Assembly (NCBI GenBank): GCA_023384595.1
Contig: JAHDVQ010000002.1
Location: forward strand, 1-52,910
Direction: 5' to 3'
DNA length: 52,910 nucleotides
From: Vicinamibacteraceae bacterium
GTDB taxonomy: Bacteria; Acidobacteriota; Vicinamibacteria; Vicinamibacterales; JAFNAJ01
This document shows, piece after piece, positions 6,498 through 15,371 of the stretch (positions are counted from its first letter, which is position 1; each line of letters opens with the position of its first letter). Made by a program: the position numbers and the translations under genes. Under the pieces are notes generated by a model that saw nothing but the letters and a program-made list of their open reading frames with translations, was not told the origin of the DNA and did no database searches.

Positions 6498-9026
6498 ATG
6501 GCGACTCTGGACCCCATCGAGGTGATGGTCGACGGGCACCCCGTCACGGCCCTTCCGGGGACGCGGCTGCTCGACGTGCTGCGCGGGCTCGGTCTCCGCA
6601 TCCCGACCCTGTGCCACGACGATCGTCTGACGCCGTATGGCGGGTGCCGTTTGTGCGTGGTGACACGGCGCGACGGACGCGGCGGGCTCGTCCTCGCCTG
6701 CTCCACGCCGGTCCTGCCGGGCATGGTCATCGAGACTCACACGCCCGAGGTCGTCGAGGCTCGGCGCCAGCAGCTTCAACTGCTGCTGCTCAACCACCGC
6801 CTCGAGTGCCCGATCTGCGATCGCCGGGGCGACTGCCGGCTGCAGGAGCTGATGTTCGAGCACGGGGTGTCCGAGCAGCCGTACCCTTTCGAGCGCCCGC
6901 TGATTCCGCGCGACGAGTCCTCACCCGTCATCACGCGTGATCCGGAGAAGTGCATCCTCTGCGGCAAGTGCGTGCGCCTGTGCGACGAGGTCCAGGGTGT
7001 GGCGGCGATCGGCATCGTGCACCGCGGCCTCCAGGCCCGCGTGACGACGCTGCTCGATCGTCCGCTCGATTGCGAGTTCTGCGGGCAGTGCGTGAACAAC
7101 TGCCCCGTGAGCGCGCTGGTCGCGCGCCCGTACCTCGACGACACTCCGGCGTGGCTGCGCGAGCCGGCGACCACGACCTGCGCGTTCTGTTCCTGCGGCT
7201 GTCAGGTGACCGGCGAAACGTGGAACGGCGCGCTCGTGCGGGTCACCGGCGCCGGCGTGGACGAACCCAATCGCGGGAAGTTGTGCGCCAAGGGATGGCT
7301 CGGCTGGGACGTGCATCACGCGCCCGATCGCCTCACCCATCCGCTGGTCCGCCGCGACGGCCGCCTGATGGACGCGACGTGGGCCGAGGCGCTCGACGCC
7401 GTGGTCGGCGCGTTACGGCGCGCCCGCGACGCCGGACACCGTATCGTCGGTCTGGGCGGCTCGCGCCTCTCCTGCGAAGACGCCTACGCCATGCAGCGCC
7501 TGATGCGCACGGCGGCGGCGACTCCCCACATCGGGCTCGGCCCGGCCGGCGGCGCACGGGCGCTGGTGGAGGGCATGGGGGCACTGACTGGCGCGCCTCG
7601 CTCCACGGCCACGTTCGATGATGTGCGATCAGCCGACGTGGTGCTCGTCCTGCGCGGCGACCCGGCGCGGACGCATCCCCTGCTCAAGACCGAGCTGGTG
7701 CAGGGCGTGACGCAGCGCGGACAGACACTCGTGCTGGCGCATGCCCTGTCGGGGCCCCTCGATCGTCACGCGACGCTGCGCCTCCCGGTGCACCCGGCGA
7801 GCGAGGCGGCGCTCCTGCACGGGGTCGCCGCGCGGTTGCTGGCCCTCGACCCGGGCCTGGCCAGTCGCGTGCACGGGATTCCCGGCGCGGGCGAATGGCT
7901 CGCGAGCCTCGCGGCTTACGACGCGGAGACCGTCGTGCGACAGACCGGCCTGGACCTCACGGCGCTCGACGCGCTGGCGTCGGTCCTCGGACACGCGCGC
8001 ACGCTGGCCACGGCCGTCATCACCGGCCTCGGCATTCCGGGCGACGAGGCGGCTGTCACGCGTGCCGCGGTCGCCCTCGACGCGCTCGTCGGCGGCCGTG
8101 GTGTCATGGTGCTGGGCGAGAAGGCCAACCTCCAGGGCGTCATCGATGCCGGGCTGCACGGCGAGTGGCTGCCGGGCGGGCGCCCGACCGCCAGCGCGGA
8201 CGCCCGGGCCGAGGTGGGCGTCGCGTGGGGTCAGCCCGTACCGCCGCCCGCCCCAGTACCACTTCTGACCGCGATCCAGGCGGACGGCGGCGATCCGGTT
8301 GGCGTGCTCTATGTCGCCGGGCAGGACCCCGCGGGCGCCTGGCCGGGCGGACTCCGCGGCACCGAGGCCGTCGCGGCCGCGGCGTTCGTGGTCGTGCACG
8401 ACGCGTTCATGTCGGACACCGCGCAGCAGGCCGACGTGGTGCTGCCGGTCGCCATTCTGGGCGAGCGCGCCGGCTCGCTCGTCGCGGCCGACGGGGTGCG
8501 GCGCCCGCTCGTGCGCCTCGAACCGCCACCCCGCGCGGTGCCGCAGGATCGCGACATCTTCCGCGAGGTGAGCGCCCGCCTTGGCATCGCCATGCCAGAG
8601 GAGGCGGCACTGGTGGCCGAGATGGAGGCGCTGTGCGGGTGGCCGCGACCGCGCGCCTCGGTCCAGTGTCTCGTGCCGGCCGAACCGCCCGCCGCCGCGG
8701 CGCCAATCGACGGGCTGCTGCTCGACGGCTCGCCGCAAGTGTTCCGATCGGGCTCCATCACGGATCACAGTGCGAGGCTGCAGGAACTGTCGCCCTCGGT
8801 GGCCGTCAAGTTGTCGCGCCGAGAGGCCGCCGAGTTGAACATTGGCGACGGCGACACGGTGCTCGTCTCGGTGGGCGACCGTGCGGCGCTGCTGCGCGCG
8901 CGCGTCGACCCCGAGGTGCGGCCTGGCATGCTCGTCGCGCCGTGGCGGGCGCGGTGGGGGACGGCGGCCTCGCGCATGATCCCGGGCGACGAGCCCGCTC
9001 ACGCCCATATTCGGAGGTCATCATGA
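6498..9026 (+). CDS. NuoG / formate-dehydrogenase-alpha-like Fe-S molybdopterin-fold subunit, apparently without a Mo-ligand Cys or Sec
   Basis: Internal start MATLDPIEVMVDGHPV. Contains a 2Fe-2S region (CHDDRLTPYGGCRLC), HRLECPICDRRGDCRLQ, CILCGKCVRLC, CEFCGQCVNNCP, and CAFCSCGCQV...CAKGW. The segment equivalent to the FDH active site (HIGLGPAGGARALVEGMGALTG) has no cysteine. Confidence 0.85.
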   Translation: MATLDPIEVMVDGHPVTALPGTRLLDVLRGLGLRIPTLCHDDRLTPYGGCRLCVVTRRDGRGGLVLACSTPVLPGMVIETHTPEVVEARRQQLQLLLLNHRLECPICDRRGDCRLQELMFEHGVSEQPYPFERPLIPRDESSPVITRDPEKCILCGKCVRLCDEVQGVAAIGIVHRGLQARVTTLLDRPLDCEFCGQCVNNCPVSALVARPYLDDTPAWLREPATTTCAFCSCGCQVTGETWNGALVRVTGAGVDEPNRGKLCAKGWLGWDVHHAPDRLTHPLVRRDGRLMDATWAEALDAVVGALRRARDAGHRIVGLGGSRLSCEDAYAMQRLMRTAAATPHIGLGPAGGARALVEGMGALTGAPRSTATFDDVRSADVVLVLRGDPARTHPLLKTELVQGVTQRGQTLVLAHALSGPLDRHATLRLPVHPASEAALLHGVAARLLALDPGLASRVHGIPGAGEWLASLAAYDAETVVRQTGLDLTALDALASVLGHARTLATAVITGLGIPGDEAAVTRAAVALDALVGGRGVMVLGEKANLQGVIDAGLHGEWLPGGRPTASADARAEVGVAWGQPVPPPAPVPLLTAIQADGGDPVGVLYVAGQDPAGAWPGGLRGTEAVAAAAFVVVHDAFMSDTAQQADVVLPVAILGERAGSLVAADGVRRPLVRLEPPPRAVPQDRDIFREVSARLGIAMPEEAALVAEMEALCGWPRPRASVQCLVPAEPPAAAAPIDGLLLDGSPQVFRSGSITDHSARLQELSPSVAVKLSRREAAELNIGDGDTVLVSVGDRAALLRARVDPEVRPGMLVAPWRARWGTAASRMIPGDEPAHAHIRRSS

Positions 9027-9610
9027 TCGAGCCCCACGCGGCAGGCGCGGCCACGCTGGCCACGCCGCCCGTCGCCGCCGCCGCTGCGGCCGCGCCCGAC
9101 GCGCCCGGCGTCGAGGCCCTCGTCGACACGTTCATCGCTGCGCATCCCGGCGGGCACGAGCGGCTCATCCCGCTGCTGCACCTGCTGCAGGAGCGTCTGG
9201 GACACGTGCCGTTCGAGGCGCAGGACGTGGTGGCCGATCGTCTCGGACTGACGCCCATCCAGGTGTTCTCGGTCCTCAGCTTCTACCACTTCTTCACGCT
9301 GACCCCGCGCGGGCGTTACCCGCTCAAGGTCTGCATGGGGACGGCCTGCTTCGTCCGTCACGCCACACGACTGATCGAGACCATTCAGGATACGCTCGGC
9401 ATCGATGTGGGCGACTGCACGCCGGACCGCCTCTTCAGCCTGGAACAGGTGCGCTGCCTTGGCGCGTGCGGGCTGGCGCCGGCCGTCATGGTCGGCCAGG
9501 ACGTCCACGGCAACCTCGACACGAAGGCGATGCGCCGGCTCATCACGCAACTGCGGTCCCAGGGGCGACGCGAGGCGGTCGCGGCCGCGAAGGAGACGCC
9601 CCGTGGCTAG
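9023..9610 (+). CDS. NuoE/HoxE-like [2Fe-2S] thioredoxin-fold subunit
   Basis: Internal start with an ATGA overlap onto the upstream stop. Contains LIPLLHLLQERLGHV...FYHFF...VCMGTACFV...VRCLGACGLAP. Confidence 0.9.
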   Translation: MIEPHAAGAATLATPPVAAAAAAAPDAPGVEALVDTFIAAHPGGHERLIPLLHLLQERLGHVPFEAQDVVADRLGLTPIQVFSVLSFYHFFTLTPRGRYPLKVCMGTACFVRHATRLIETIQDTLGIDVGDCTPDRLFSLEQVRCLGACGLAPAVMVGQDVHGNLDTKAMRRLITQLRSQGRREAVAAAKETPRG

Positions 9611-11507
9611 CGCACCGGTGACCATCACGGCGGCCCCGCTCGGCGTCGGCGACCTCGCCCGCATCCGCGCCGAGCGCCGGCCGCGGCTCGAAGCGCGTCT
9701 GGCCTCGCTCCGGCCCGAGCGCGGCGTGGTGCGGGACGTGCTCGTGTGTGCCGGCGGCGGCTGCGTCTCGTGCCGGTCGACGACGCTCGCCGCCGAGTTC
9801 GAGCGGCTCATCGCCGCGTCAGGCCTGTCCGATCGCGCGCGGGTCGTGCAGGTCGGCTGCATGGGCCTGTGCGAGGCCGCGCCGCTGGTGCTCGTCGCGC
9901 CGGACGGCGTGTATTATCCGCGCGTCGACTTCTCCCTCGCCCGGCGCATCGTCACCGAGCACCTGGCGGAGGATGCACCCATCGGGGAGGCCGAGCTGAC
10001 GCACGAGCGCGATGGCGAGGTGCGCCGCAGCCGGGACGTACCCTTCTTCGCAAGACAGCTGAAGATCGCGTTGCGCAACTGCGGCGTGGTCGATCCGCTG
10101 AGCCTCGACGACTACATCGCGCTCGACGGCTACCAGGCGCTGGCGCACGTCCTGCTGGAGACCACGCCGGACGCGGTGCTCGACACGCTCAAGCGTTCGG
10201 GACTGCGTGGGCGGGGTGGCGCCGGCTTCCCCGCCGGCCTCAAGTGGCAGTTCGTCCGCGAGGCCGCGGGAGACGAGAAGTACATCATCTGCAACGGCGA
10301 CGAGGGCGACCCCGGCGCGTTCATGGATCGCAGTATCCTCGAGGGCGACCCGCACTCGGTCATCGAGGGCATGGCGATCGCCGGACACGTGGTGGGCGCA
10401 CGCCGCGGGTACGTCTACGTCCGCGCCGAGTACCCGCTGGCCATCGAGCGGCTCGGCCACGCCATCCTCGAGGCACGCGCCGCGGGCATCCTCGGCGCCC
10501 GGGTGCTGGGCACCGAGGCGGCCTTCGACCTCGAGATCCGCATCGGCGCCGGGGCCTTCGTGTGCGGCGAGGAAACGGCGCTCATCGCGTCGGTCGAGGG
10601 TAAGCGGGGCATGCCGAGGCCGCGACCGCCGTTTCCCGCACAGGCTGGCCTCTGGGGACGGCCAACCCTCATCAACAACGTCGAGACGTGGGCCAACGTG
10701 TCGCCCATCGTGCTGCGTGGTGCCGCCTGGTTTGCCGGCATCGGCACGGCGCGCAGCAAGGGCACGAAGGTCTTCGCGCTCGCGGGCGACGTGCGCAACA
10801 CCGGACTGGTCGAGGTGCCCATGGGCATCTCGCTGCGCGAGATCGTGCACGACATCGGGGGCGGCATCCGGTCGGATCAGCCGTTCAAGGCGGTGCAGGC
10901 CGGCGGGCCCTCCGGCGGGTGCGTGCCCGCCGAGGCGGCCGACGTGCCGGTCGATTACGAGTCGCTCCAGTCACTCGGCGCCGTCATGGGGTCGGGCGGC
11001 CTCATCGTGCTCCACGAGGGCACGTGCATGGTGGAGCTGACCCGGTTCTTCCTCGAGTTCCTCGTGGACGAATCGTGCGGCAAGTGTCCCCCGTGCCGCA
11101 TCGGCCTGCGCGTGATGCTCAACCTCGTCGAGCGGATCACCAAGGGCCTCGCCGCGCTGGAAGATCTCGACACGCTGATGGGTCTGGCGCGGCACATCCA
11201 GCGCAGCTCGCTGTGCGGTCTGGGCCAGACGGCACCGAACGCCGTGATCTCGACGCTCGAGCACTTCCGTGACGAGTGGGAGACGCACATCTACGATCGC
11301 CGCTGCCCCGCGCTCCAGTGCCGCGCACTGCTCACCTACGAGATCAACGAGGCCCTCTGCAACGGGTGCACGCTGTGCGCGAAGGCGTGCACCTCGAATG
11401 CCATCACCGGTGAGCTGAAGCAGCTCCATCGCATCGACGCGCTGCTCTGCACGCACTGCGGGGCCTGCGTCACCGCGTGTAACCGCGGCGCCGTCGTGGC
11501 GCACTGA
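9603..11507 (+). CDS. NuoF/HydB-like NAD(H)- and FMN-binding subunit with an N-terminal 2Fe-2S domain and a C-terminal 2x[4Fe-4S] domain
   Basis: GTG at 9603, 7 nt after AGGAG. Contains GRGGAGFPAGLKW, NGDEGDPGAF, ESCGKCPPCR, and C-terminal CNGCTLCAKAC...CTHCGACVTAC. Confidence 0.9.
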   Translation: MASAPVTITAAPLGVGDLARIRAERRPRLEARLASLRPERGVVRDVLVCAGGGCVSCRSTTLAAEFERLIAASGLSDRARVVQVGCMGLCEAAPLVLVAPDGVYYPRVDFSLARRIVTEHLAEDAPIGEAELTHERDGEVRRSRDVPFFARQLKIALRNCGVVDPLSLDDYIALDGYQALAHVLLETTPDAVLDTLKRSGLRGRGGAGFPAGLKWQFVREAAGDEKYIICNGDEGDPGAFMDRSILEGDPHSVIEGMAIAGHVVGARRGYVYVRAEYPLAIERLGHAILEARAAGILGARVLGTEAAFDLEIRIGAGAFVCGEETALIASVEGKRGMPRPRPPFPAQAGLWGRPTLINNVETWANVSPIVLRGAAWFAGIGTARSKGTKVFALAGDVRNTGLVEVPMGISLREIVHDIGGGIRSDQPFKAVQAGGPSGGCVPAEAADVPVDYESLQSLGAVMGSGGLIVLHEGTCMVELTRFFLEFLVDESCGKCPPCRIGLRVMLNLVERITKGLAALEDLDTLMGLARHIQRSSLCGLGQTAPNAVISTLEHFRDEWETHIYDRRCPALQCRALLTYEINEALCNGCTLCAKACTSNAITGELKQLHRIDALLCTHCGACVTACNRGAVVAH

Positions 11508-11518
11508 GGAGGACGTCG

Positions 11519-11896
11519 ATGAGCCGAAAGACGGTCATGGTCGTCGACGACGACCCGGTCTTCCGCGAGGCGGTGGGCGCGGTGCTCGAAACCCGGTACG
11601 ACGTGCGCGAGGCCGCCAACGGCGCGGACGCCCTCGCCGCGCTCGCCGGGGCGCTTCCCGACCTCATCGTCCTCGACGTGATGATGGACTACCCGTCGGA
11701 AGGCTTCGACGTCGCGCGCACGTTGCAGAACGACGAACGCACGCGCCCAATCCCCGTCGTGATGCTCACCGGCGTCGACCAGGTCTACAACTACCGGATG
11801 GAGACCGACGAGACGTGGGTGCCGTGCGCGCGGTTCCTCGAGAAGCCGATCACGCCGGAGCGGCTCCTGCAGGAGATCGGCGAGCTGATCGGATGA
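11519..11896 (+). CDS. single-domain response regulator (CheY-like)
   Basis: VMVVDDDPVF...LIVLDVMMD...FLEKP. Confidence 0.85.
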   Translation: MSRKTVMVVDDDPVFREAVGAVLETRYDVREAANGADALAALAGALPDLIVLDVMMDYPSEGFDVARTLQNDERTRPIPVVMLTGVDQVYNYRMETDETWVPCARFLEKPITPERLLQEIGELIG

Positions 11897-13428
11897 ACGG
11901 TCCCGACCAGGACCTCGACGACGCCTCGCTCGGCGACGAGCTCGCGGGGCGCCTCGCGTGGTTCGTGCGGCTGCGGTGGGTGGCCGTCGCCACCCTCGCG
12001 CTGGCCGCGGTGGCCGGTCCGCCCGTCGGGCTCGATCGCTTCTGGCCCGGCCTGCTCTACATCGCCGCCGCCGTGGCCGGGTACAACGCCCTCTGCTGGT
12101 GGCGCCTCACCCGCGCGCGGGCCGCCGGGACGACGAGCGATCCCGCACACCCGATCCCCTCCATCGATCTGCGCGTGCTCGCCGTGGCCCAGGTCACGCT
12201 CGACCTCGCCGCCCTGCTCGTCGTGGTGCATCACACGGGATACCTGGCGAGCCCGCTCCTCCCCTTCTTCGGGTTCCACATGGCGATCGGCACCATCCTG
12301 CTCTCGACCCGGACGATGTACCTCGTCGCGGGCGCCACGAGCGCGGCGGCCGTCGTGCTGCAGATCGCCGGATGGGGTGACGCGGTGCTCAACCCGGCAC
12401 TCATGGTGCCGAGCCCGACGTCTGTCGTCGTCGCGCTGCCGCTCGCCGCCTTCGTCGGCTTCCTCTTCGGCATCGTCTACCTCACGGGGTCGGTGAGCGA
12501 TCGGCTGAAGCAGCGGAACACCGAGCTGCGCCGGCTCACCGGCGCCCTGCGCCGCCAGTCGGACGATCTCGAGCGGCTGGTGGCGGAGCTCGACGAGATC
12601 GAGCGGCGCAAGTCGCACTACATGCGCGTGTCGGCGCACCAGCTCCGTTCGCCACTGGGCACCGTGCGGACCGCCCTGGACGTGCTCGCCGGCGGCTACG
12701 TGGATCTCGCGACACCGCGCGGGCAGCATCTCATTCGCGGGGCCACCGAGCGTGTGGACGGCCTGCTCCGGATCGTCAACGGATTGCTCGATCTGGCAAA
12801 GGTCCGCGAGGGCCGGCAGCGCGCGCCGTGGACGCGGCAGGTGAACATCAACCAGCTCGTCGCGGACCTCGTGGACGCGCTGGCGCCCTTCGCCGAGGAG
12901 CGCGGGGTGCGGCTCGAGGCCCGCCTCGATCGCCTCGCGGTGCTCGACTGGGGCGTGCCGCCCGATCTCGTGCACGCGGTCGAGAACCTGCTGCACAACG
13001 CCATCAAGTACTCGCACGCCGGCGGCGCGGTCGCCATCGAGTTGGCCGTCGAAGACGACGTCGCCCTCGTCAGCGTGACCGACAAAGGCATCGGCGTGCC
13101 CGAGGAGTTCCACGACCAGTTGTTCCTCGAGTTCGTGCGGGCGCCGAACGCCCGTGTGCACGCCCCCATCGGCACCGGGCTGGGCCTGGCGCTCGTCCGC
13201 GAGGTGGCCGAAGAGCACGGCGGCGTCGTCGAGTACTTCCACCCCCCGGACGGCGGCGCCTGTTTCCGACTGGCACTCCCCCTCCACATCCGGCCCCGCG
13301 AGGCCGTCGGGCCGTTACCGGGCCGTGACGCCGCGGGTTACCGGCCGGACACGAAGCCCCGCCAGGCCGGCGCCCCGGGCGGCGGAATCCGCGAAATACA
13401 GCCCGTTTCCCGCGTTCTCCGGCCCTGA
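11893..13428 (+). CDS. membrane-bound sensor histidine kinase (about six TM helices, HisKA and HATPase_c domains)
   Basis: The ATG at 11893 overlaps the upstream stop. H-box SHYMRVSAHQLRSPL, N-box LLHNAIKYS, and G-boxes DKGIGV and GTGLGLALV. Confidence 0.85.
   Translation: MNGPDQDLDDASLGDELAGRLAWFVRLRWVAVATLALAAVAGPPVGLDRFWPGLLYIAAAVAGYNALCWWRLTRARAAGTTSDPAHPIPSIDLRVLAVAQVTLDLAALLVVVHHTGYLASPLLPFFGFHMAIGTILLSTRTMYLVAGATSAAAVVLQIAGWGDAVLNPALMVPSPTSVVVALPLAAFVGFLFGIVYLTGSVSDRLKQRNTELRRLTGALRRQSDDLERLVAELDEIERRKSHYMRVSAHQLRSPLGTVRTALDVLAGGYVDLATPRGQHLIRGATERVDGLLRIVNGLLDLAKVREGRQRAPWTRQVNINQLVADLVDALAPFAEERGVRLEARLDRLAVLDWGVPPDLVHAVENLLHNAIKYSHAGGAVAIELAVEDDVALVSVTDKGIGVPEEFHDQLFLEFVRAPNARVHAPIGTGLGLALVREVAEEHGGVVEYFHPPDGGACFRLALPLHIRPREAVGPLPGRDAAGYRPDTKPRQAGAPGGGIREIQPVSRVLRP
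13314..13329. promoter_or_regulatory. GTTAC-N6-GTGAC palindromic motif copy (candidate enhancer/UAS)
   Basis: GTTACcgggccGTGAC, centred about 123 bp upstream of the -24 GG at 13445. It lies inside the 3' tail of the kinase ORF. Confidence 0.45.
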
Positions 13429-13443
13429 CCGCCGCCCCGCCCA

Positions 13444-13459
13444 GGGCACAGCGGTTGCA
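13444..13459 (+). promoter_or_regulatory. sigma54 (-24/-12) promoter candidate
   Basis: gGGCACAgcggTTGCAc, with GG at 13445-13446 and GC at 13457-13458. Confidence 0.6.
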
Positions 13460-13536
13460 CTGACGGATCGGGGCTTCTGCGCAAGAGGCGCCGTCAGGTG
13501 GACGGGCAGGGGCTCGAATACAGGAGGACAGTCCTT

Positions 13537-14496
13537 ATGCGTAACGTTCATCTCGGCCGCATCGCGGCCATCCTCGCGCTCGTGGCGCTGCTGGTGCCAG
13601 CTTCCAGCTTCGCCGCCGCGAACTACAAGGGCTACGAGCGCGGCGATGCCCTGATCAGCGTCCAGGAGCTGAAGCAGCTCATGGATGCGAAGGATCCCCG
13701 GCTCCTCATCCTGGCCGTGGCCGACGTGGCCGACTACCGCCTGCCCGGGCACATCCCCGGCGCGCACCGCGTGTGGCGGCCCGACTACGAGATCAAGGTT
13801 GGCGACAAGTACCCGTTCGAGGGCATGATGCTCGAACAGGCGGCCTTCCAGGAGTTCGCCCGCAAGTTCGGCGTCAACAACGACACGATCCTGGTGATCT
13901 ACGACCATCAGTACGACGCCACCCGGCTGTGGTGGGGATTCTTCCTCTACGGCAAGGTCGCGCGCGTGCTCGACGGCGGATTCCAGGCGTGGAAGGCGGC
14001 CGGCTACGACACCGACAGCTTCGCCCCGAGCGCGCCGAAGGCCGGCAACTTCGTAGCCAAGCCGGCCAATCCGAAGCTCACGGCGACGATGGCCGACGTC
14101 AAGGCGTCGAAGGACAATGCCAACGTGCAGCTGTGGGACACCCGCGAGAAGGCCGAGTGGACGGGCGCGGAGCTGAAGAAGGGCGCCTTCCGCAAGGGCC
14201 GGATTCCCTGGGCGAAGTTCTTCAACTGGAAGGAATTCAAGAAGCCGATCGCCGAGGGCGAGAAGTTCACCGAGTTCAAGCCGGCCGCCGAGGTGAAGGC
14301 CGTCCTCGCCAAGTTCGGCGTCGACCAGAACAAGGAGCAGATCTTCTACTGCCAGTCGGCGGTGCGCACGACCACGCACATCTTCGCGATGTACATGCTC
14401 GGCTGGGACATCGAGAAGCTGCGCAACTACGACGGCTCCTGGATCGAGTGGAGCTACCACAAGGACAACCCGGTCGTCGTCGACGAGACGAACTGA
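13537..14496 (+). CDS. secreted two-domain rhodanese-type sulfurtransferase
   Basis: The ATG at 13537 follows AGGAGGA. Signal peptide MRNVHLGRIAAILALVALLVPASSFAAA. Tandem rhodanese domains with an active-site loop CQSAVRT. Confidence 0.85.
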   Translation: MRNVHLGRIAAILALVALLVPASSFAAANYKGYERGDALISVQELKQLMDAKDPRLLILAVADVADYRLPGHIPGAHRVWRPDYEIKVGDKYPFEGMMLEQAAFQEFARKFGVNNDTILVIYDHQYDATRLWWGFFLYGKVARVLDGGFQAWKAAGYDTDSFAPSAPKAGNFVAKPANPKLTATMADVKASKDNANVQLWDTREKAEWTGAELKKGAFRKGRIPWAKFFNWKEFKKPIAEGEKFTEFKPAAEVKAVLAKFGVDQNKEQIFYCQSAVRTTTHIFAMYMLGWDIEKLRNYDGSWIEWSYHKDNPVVVDETN

Positions 14497-14520
14497 CGTC
14501 GGTCACCTGTCAGATGGCGG

Positions 14521-14543
14521 GAGAGCGGCACGGCGCCGCTCTC
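14521..14543 (+). terminator. stem-loop after the rhodanese gene
   Basis: gagagcggc-acggc-gccgctctc, a 9-bp stem with no clear U-tract. Confidence 0.35.
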
Positions 14544-14569
14544 TCGCCCTGGCACATCCGGAGCGAGAG

Positions 14570-15325
14570 ATGAGCGAGCAAATCCAGGCAGCGGCAGCCG
14601 CATCGAAGCGTCGGAACTGGGTAACCCTGGCCGTGGCGGCCGTGGTGGTCGTGGCGGGCGTGCTCGCCGCGCGCCAGTTCGGCCTCTTCAGTCTCCTCAG
14701 CCTGGACAACATCGACCGCCTCGACGCGTGGTTCCGGGGCTTCGGGATGTGGGCGCCCGCCATCTTCATCGGGGTGTGGGTGCTCGCCTGCATCTTCTTC
14801 CTGCCCGGGCTGCCCATCACCATCGTGGGCGCGCTCATCTTCGGCCCGCTTCAGGGCACTATCTTCAGCATCATCGGCTCGACGCTCGGCGCGACGGCCG
14901 CCTTCCTCGTCGGCCGCTATGCCGCGCGCGGACTGGTCGAAGGCCTCCTCGAGAAGAACGCGAAGCTGCGCACGATCGACGACGGTGTGAAGACCCACGG
15001 CTGGCGTATGCTCGTCATCACGCGGCTGGTCCCGCTCGTGCCCTTCAACGCGCAGAATTACGTCTACGGTCTGACGAAGATCCCGCTGCTGACCTACGTC
15101 CTGGTCTCCTTCGTCTGTATGCTCCCAGCCTGCGCCGCGTTCAACTTCGCCGCGGGCGCGGTGCGGGCAGGCCAGTTCGGCAAGTTCTTCCTCTATCTCG
15201 CGGTGGCGGGCCTGCTCTTCGCCGTGCTGTCGCTCATCCCCGGGTGGATCCGCAAGCGCTACGCCGACGCGCCGGCGCTGGCCGACCCGGGCACGCCTCT
15301 CGCCAACCGGCCGGGCCCGCGCTAA
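14570..15325 (+). CDS. TVP38/TMEM64 (DedA-related) family membrane protein
   Basis: Multi-TM protein with family-typical motifs FFLPGLPITIVGALIFGP, GATAAFLVGRY and RLVPLVPFNAQNY. Confidence 0.8.
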   Translation: MSEQIQAAAAASKRRNWVTLAVAAVVVVAGVLAARQFGLFSLLSLDNIDRLDAWFRGFGMWAPAIFIGVWVLACIFFLPGLPITIVGALIFGPLQGTIFSIIGSTLGATAAFLVGRYAARGLVEGLLEKNAKLRTIDDGVKTHGWRMLVITRLVPLVPFNAQNYVYGLTKIPLLTYVLVSFVCMLPACAAFNFAAGAVRAGQFGKFFLYLAVAGLLFAVLSLIPGWIRKRYADAPALADPGTPLANRPGPR

Positions 15326-15371
15326 ACTGGCGCGCAGCGTTGCTCGGACCGGCCCCCCAAGGACGCAGAGC

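Noticed and set aside
5544-9026. Long N-terminal extensions of track ORFs (5544..9026, 7895..9610, 9405..11507, 38111..40618, 33325..35505, 31353..32090 and others)
   Set aside because: The extensions overlap the preceding genes in another frame and are Arg-rich. Internal starts with RBS or stop-start overlaps give proteins that begin at the expected family N-termini.
6498-9026. Annotating the NuoG-like gene as a catalytic formate dehydrogenase alpha subunit
   Set aside because: I could find no Cys or Sec (TGA) at the position expected for the Mo ligand. I called it a NuoG/FdhA-fold scaffold instead.
14550-14564. Perfect TGGCAC upstream of the TVP38 gene
   Set aside because: The -12 position reads GAGC rather than TTGC, and the element ends only 6 nt before the ATG at 14570. 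The predicted transcript start would therefore fall inside the gene.
15328-15343. sigma54-like match TGGCGCGcagcgTTGC upstream of the ParA-like gene
   Set aside because: The GG-to-GC spacing is one nucleotide too long (13 instead of 12), and no GTTAC palindrome lies upstream.
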